DNA from: Dipteris shenzhenensis
Lineage: Eukaryota
Assembly: GCA_047967505.1 (NCBI GenBank)
Contig: CM106538.1
Length of the DNA stretch: 64,000 nt
Reading direction: 5' to 3' (one strand)
Part shown: piece after piece, positions 58,249-64,000 of the stretch
How the letters are laid out: each line of letters starts with the position of its first letter
Position numbering within the stretch: the stretch's first letter is position 1
Made by a program: the position numbers and the translations under genes
The notes under the pieces: generated by a model
Databases searched by the model: none
What the model saw: the letters and a program-made list of their open reading frames with translations, nothing else
Told to the model about the DNA's origin: nothing

Positions 58249-59819
58249 GAGGATTACCAAAAGGCAAGTGACAAAAAGCGAGCGAACCAAAAAAAGCGAG
58301 CAATAAAAAACAATAAAAGATTTATAAATCCCCCATTTCAGTAGCAAAAAATAATAACTTATTCAAAAGTCCATATGTTTCCTCAATGCTAGAAGGTTAA
58401 ATATGCATATAACTTTCTGAGCCACTAACACTAATTTCACATCATCCATGAGATAGTTTGTATGTTCAATTTCCAATTCATTGTTTGTATTAAAGGCAAA
58501 CCCTACAGTAACTGCAATCAAGTTCTCTCTTTCCACTAGAGTAATTGAGATCATCAATTTGCGCAACCTTCCACACAAGTGGGGTGTTTCCAAGGACTCC
58601 TTGCATGGATTAGTCTAGATTCCATGCATATGTAAATGCTTAGCTTTTTTAACTCTACTCACTCTTGGAATGAAACCCATGTTTCTTTGTTATTGGAAAA
58701 ATATCCTTCCCTAATGATTTATTCTTATCTCCCACTAATCTAACCAATGCAACAAATTAACCACAAATTCATATTTTGGTGCATTAAATTTTACTAGATG
58801 GTGCACAAAGACATGATAATCATCTAAAGTACGCCTTGCCATTTTATTTGATATGTAACATGACCCTATTTGGACTTGTAAATCAAAAGATACAAGGATG
58901 TGAAAATGTCCTCTTTTGGGCCAAAACAGGGAGCGCATTAACGCACTCCCTGTTTTGGCCCAAAAGAGGACATTTTCACATCCCTGTATTTTTGCAAGAT
59001 GTCAACATATGATTTTTTTGGCCCAAAAGATGAGTTTTTAACATCCTTACATCTTTTTATTGTCAAATATAAATGGCATAATGTTACATATCAAATCAAA
59101 TGACAACGCATGATTTAGATCAATATCATGCCTTTTTGCACCATCTAAAAAAATTATGTGCATCAGAATATGAATTTTGTAAAATTCTGTCCAATTTTTT
59201 GCACCAAGTTTAAAGCAAGGTTTCCCATAATGGGGAGTGACAAGACACTATCTATTTTGGCAAAAAAAAAACCAAATTTAAAATCCTCTACCTTTTAATT
59301 GCACTCTAGGGATCACTCTTCATAAACCCATAAAGCATGTGCAAGTAAGCATGTATTAAAAATTACCCCTATTCTTGCAATTTAGATTTTGTCATGTAAA
59401 TGGTTGAACCCATGTATGTGTTTACATTTTAAAATATCTACATATATAAATTACATTAAGTTGCTATTTTATAGATCCCCTCATGCACACAAACAACATG
59501 TAAGTCCCCCCACTAAAAAGTACCCCTCAATGCACAAAAGTGGTATGTTACATGTTTATGAGTGACCCCCCAGGATAATTGCCAAACCCAAATGGGGTCA
59601 TGTTACAATGGTCCTTAACTTTAGACTACTCAATTTCAAGAAATATGACACATAACCACTTTTTTGAATACTTTATACTTCAAGCAATTATTTTATAAAA
59701 AACTTAGATTCTTTCTTTGCTTGCTTGATTTTCCAATCACTTCAACTAATTGTCGCTTGCTTTTTTGGGCTTGCTCACTTTTTCTCGCTCGCTCTATTGA
59801 CTGCCTCCCTGACTATCTC
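58249..59819. mobile_element. Non-autonomous Mutator-like element
   Basis: 9-bp TSD CCAATCCCT / CCAGTCCCT (58240-58248, 59820-59828) interrupting gypsy sequence that is contiguous in copy A. Degenerate GAG...CTC TIRs; AT-rich. Confidence 0.75.
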
Positions 59820-62800
59820 CCAGTCCCTCAGGGGACCATTCAAGAGGTGGTGGTTCTCATTTTGAGGAAGCTGGTTTTGCAAGGTACAATTCGACGATAC
59901 TCGTTCGAATTCATTGAAGTGTGGCTTTTCTATGATTTCCTCCTTTAGCTTTCTTGCGGGATCTTTTGCTGTTATTCAACTTTAGAGGTTTAACTTTTGG
60001 GAGTTCGACTGCCATTAGGGCATGCAAAATGGTTGTGTCATTATCAAAGATTTGATCTTCAATTTCAAGATTCTCAGCCTTTGTTTCAAGGTCCCAAGGA
60101 AAATTTGAGTCATCATTGGTATGGGTATCTTCTTCTAGCTCATTATCCTACTCGAGGTCAGCCATAAAGAATGGTATCTCTAGATCGATTGGTTCTTTAT
60201 GTGTGAGTGGAGGATCTACCTGTAGTATCTTAGCATCAATATGCGAGAAGATGGGGTCTAATGAATGGCAGTTGTCGATGGTTGTGAATGTTTATATCCA
60301 GTTATTGACATTGCTTTGTGAATCGCCCGCTATGGTATGCTGTTGCAAGGGAGTTGATTTCCTTGGGATTGTCGTTGAAGATGTGTCATCCAATGCTCTA
60401 GGCATAATTGGTTTTAGAGCTCCTGTCCCGACATTCACCGTGACTGCAGTGTCGCGATTCTAGATTGTCAGTTTATCAGTTTCCCAGTCATGGAGGACTG
60501 ATGCTTCCCGTAACCAAGGACGCCCCAATAAGATTTGATAGGATTTTTTGGGGAGATCAAAGATTGAGAATTGAAGGAAAAAGCGGACTCCTACAACCTT
60601 TGTGGACATGCCATTTACTATTCCAAGGGTTTAGCTCATGAATCATCAGCAAGGCGTATGTTGAAATTAGCCTTTTGAATTGGTGGGAGACCCCATTCTT
60701 TGTAGAGCTCCTTTGATAGGACATTTACACCTGCTCTACCATCCACTATGGCTTGGACTTCATTATATGCCTTGTGGATCAAAGGCACAATAATGTTGCA
60801 TATGTCATCTCTCTCACCCATCTGCACAGGGATATCTTTGATGTCATTCATAGGTGGAGGGGCATTTGCGAGTTCAATCCATCCTTTGAAACTCTCCCAG
60901 AGATTGGGACAATTCCGTAGGAGGATTCCGATGGGAATTGACATAGGGCAACTCAGGATGCTAGAGTGTGGCTCCTTCAAGTTGAAATGGTGGTACATTA
61001 TGTTGTGGAGTTTGTTATTGGAACAGAGGCTCGAGTATAGTATTAATACTTTGTAGGGCCAAGTCATGGATTGGGTCTTGAGCTTGTTTCTCAGCCTCAA
61101 ATTGAGCTTGTTTCTCAGTCTCAGATTGAGCTTGTTCCTTTTGTACCCATTGTTGAAGTGCCTGAAAGCGAGCATTTTCCACCTTTGCATTTGGGTATGG
61201 AACTTCTTTTATTTGAGGCTCAGGAGTTGATGTGGATGAGATCGGTTTCTCATTGCGTGGCGGAGGTGGAGGCACTTGTGCTTTCTTTTTAAGAAGTCGC
61301 TTTGGTTGGATTGGAATGTTAGGGTCCTTGGTGGCCTCTTTCTGTTAGCATGTAATTACATTTACAGGTTATGATATTACACTTGCCAGGTGGACCCAGA
61401 CTTTGATGGTCCACCCCAATGATGCCGATTGGGATGTCAAGCTTAACCTCTGTTTGTTGCGGGACTTTATTTTTCATGGGACAATCCATACAGGCATGTC
61501 CTATGCCACAATTTCCATAGAGTGGTTAGAAAGTAGTTGGGCTACCACGATGAGGGCACTCAACGATCCGGTGATTTTCACCACAACTGTAGCACTTGAT
61601 TGGTGCTCGATATGTGTTGGGATGTACTTGATTTACATAAACTGGTATAAGACCCTTTGCACCTTCTACATAGTACACTAGGTACTCTGTTTCATAAAAA
61701 GGACGAGTCTACTTCCTCGGCTTGTAATTGATGTATTGGAACTACCTGAGGAGCTGGATTTGGTGCTCTTGGATATGGTCGTGGATTCAGATTTCTAAGT
61801 AGTTTTGGGACTTGTGTTCGAACAGGAACAGGATTTAGCCTCGGAGCTGGGGGCACTTGTGCAAGTGTCGGTTGCCTGTACACTGGCATGGGTGCTACTT
61901 GGTATTGTTGAGGTCGAGGTGGGTTGTTGCGCATGTTGAAGATGCAATTGTTTTCATCATGGCCGCCGATGATGCAGATATGGCACCACAACCTTGGCGG
62001 TAGATTTGGTTGTGCAGTGACCCTTGCTCTTTTGATGGGGCACTCATTTGCTATATGATTGACCATGCAATGTGGACACTAGACATTTTCTCGCTGTGGA
62101 TATGTTTGAGTTGGCGTGGCTGAGATAAGTGAAGTTTTTGTTCCATGGCCTGCATCATGTCTTCTTTTAGCTTCATGGTCATGGCCTCTAGGTAGTTTCG
62201 ACAGTGGACTTGGATTTGCCTTTTTTCGAGTGCTTATCTCATGTACTAGATCTGCCGTCATCACTGCTAGTGTCTGAGTCCGATCATGCCATCCTTGATG
62301 TCGATATCTATCGCATTAGTAGCACTGAATGTTTCATAACTGCTTATCTTTTTCATATGCTTTTGGATTTTCTTTCTTAGTCTTGCAATGAACTAGGCCA
62401 TGAGGTACTTTGCATCGGGGTGTGGGTCACATGTGGTGATTAATCTTTTCATCTTACCCAGGTACGTGCGTACATCTTCTCGACGGCCTTGTTCGATCTT
62501 GCTTAGTTGGAGAGCAGGATCATCTTGTAGCCTCTCCATTTGCAAGCGTCTTTTAAATTTTGTTCGAATCAGGTCCCATGTGGCACACTCTTCCACTAGA
62601 AGGTCTAGGTACCATTCAGACACTTCATTAGTTAAGGCCATGGGAAACCAAGCCACCTTGGTTTCATGGGATTGATCTCCACTTGCTCGGCATGCGGCAT
62701 CAAAATGCTGGAGGAATCAGGCTGGATCTCCCCTACCATTATATTTGGGAAGTTCTAGTTTTCCCAAGGGGGGCCTCCCTTGAGTGTTATTATTTCTTTG

Positions 62801-63194
62801 ATTAAAGAAATTGTCAGCCTCTGCATCGAGCTCAATATCCCCATCATTGTCGTCGCGATGGCATCCAGCCATGTTGTGGCGTGGAGGAGTTAAAGGGAGT
62901 GATTGAATCTCAAGGGGGGATTTGGGGTAGAGGATTGTCGGGGTCGATGGTTGTAGCAGAGTTGTATGCAGATTTGGCGAATGTTGGAGTCAGAGGCATT
63001 GGTCAGAACATAGCTGCATGTAGATTGGGCGAGATTTGCAAAGGGTGTCTCTGCTGCAAGTGCAAGTGTGGATGTAGTTTTGTTGGGAGGGTTAGAGTGG
63101 TGTTAGTTTGTGTAGGGACCATCATGTTTATAATGTGCCTAATATTGTCCTACGTGTGTAGGGAATTGTGTCGATGCAGACGGATCATTAATCA

Positions 63195-63294
63195 NNNNNN
63201 NNNNNNNNNNNNNNNNNNNNNNNNNNNNNNNNNNNNNNNNNNNNNNNNNNNNNNNNNNNNNNNNNNNNNNNNNNNNNNNNNNNNNNNNNNNNNN
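63195..63294. other. Assembly gap (100 N)
   Basis: Run of N. Confidence 1.
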
Positions 63295-63476
63295 TACCAT
63301 GAGTAGCTTTTGCGAGCACCGTCGCGGGTGCTTACGGGTTGCCTTGCTCTTAAGGCAAGGGCTTAAAGCCCTTTAGTTTAGGGAGTGCGAGCGAAAGGGT
63401 AGAGAGAGAGAGGGAGAGAGATAGAGAGAGAGAAGAGGGAGGGGAAGAGAGAGAGAGAGAGAGAGAGAGAAAGGGG

Positions 63477-63517
<41 letters not shown>

Positions 63518-64000
63518 GGGGAAGAAAGAGAGAGAGAGAGAGGGGGGGGGGAAGGGGGGTGGTGAAGGGGGTGAGGGAGTGGTGGAGGGGGTGGTGGAGA
63601 GGGAGGGGGAGGGAAAGGGGTGGTGGTGATGGAGGGGGTGGGGGGAATGGAGGGAGGGAACGGGGATGTGAAGGGGGTGGTGGTGGAGGAAGGGGGGGAA
63701 AGGGTGGGGGTGGAGATGGGAGGGGGGTGGTGGAAATGGAGGAGAGGGGGGGAAAGGGTGGAGGAGGGGGGGGGAAAGGGTGTGGTGAGGGGGGGAGGTG
63801 GAGATGGGGGGAGGGGGGGGGAAGGGGGGATGTGAAGGGGGTGGTGGTGGAGGGAAGGGGGGGGAAAGGGTGGGGGTGGAGATGAAAGGGGGGGGGATGT
63901 GAAGGGGTGAGGGAGTGGTGGAGGGGGTGGTGGAGAGGGAGGGGGGGGGGGAAGTGTGGGGTTGGTGGAAATGGAGGGGGGGGTGGGGGAGGGTGGTGGT

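Larger units (their letters stand above)
56246..64000 (-). mobile_element. Gypsy copy C: LTR 56246-57782, integrase tail, PR/gag ~59820-62870, G-rich UTR; RT, RNase H and most of IN deleted
   Basis: Reverse-complement homology to copy A throughout. Confidence 0.88.

Overview
Repeat-saturated plant intergenic DNA with no intact host gene; lineage cannot be fixed from the sequence. It holds three decayed copies of one Athila-like Ty3/gypsy family with ~1.4-kb LTRs: A (925-11327, +), B (about 22820-56245, scrambled by a double inversion and split by insertions) and C (56246-64000, -). Three Ty1/copia elements with paired LTRs, tRNA-Met PBS and 5-bp TSDs are nested in B (28551-34019, 39770-46641, 46961-55461). 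There are also non-autonomous LTR elements, two hairpin-rich DNA transposons, LINE fragments and a 100-N gap. Most notable: (1) a truncated LTR element (14827-18538) with an apparent tRNA-His PBS and a virus-like cassette of five coupled small ORFs, including an RNase HI and a zinc knuckle, upstream of gag; (2) a stem-loop that places the PPT and LTR start in a 17-19 nt loop in five unrelated LTR elements; (3) captured host fragments (subtilase, PRP22/DHX8-like helicase) and a dense ABRE/G-box array; (4) a TSD-supported nested inversion; (5) a copia carrying an internal copy of its own 3' end. All alignments were done by eye.
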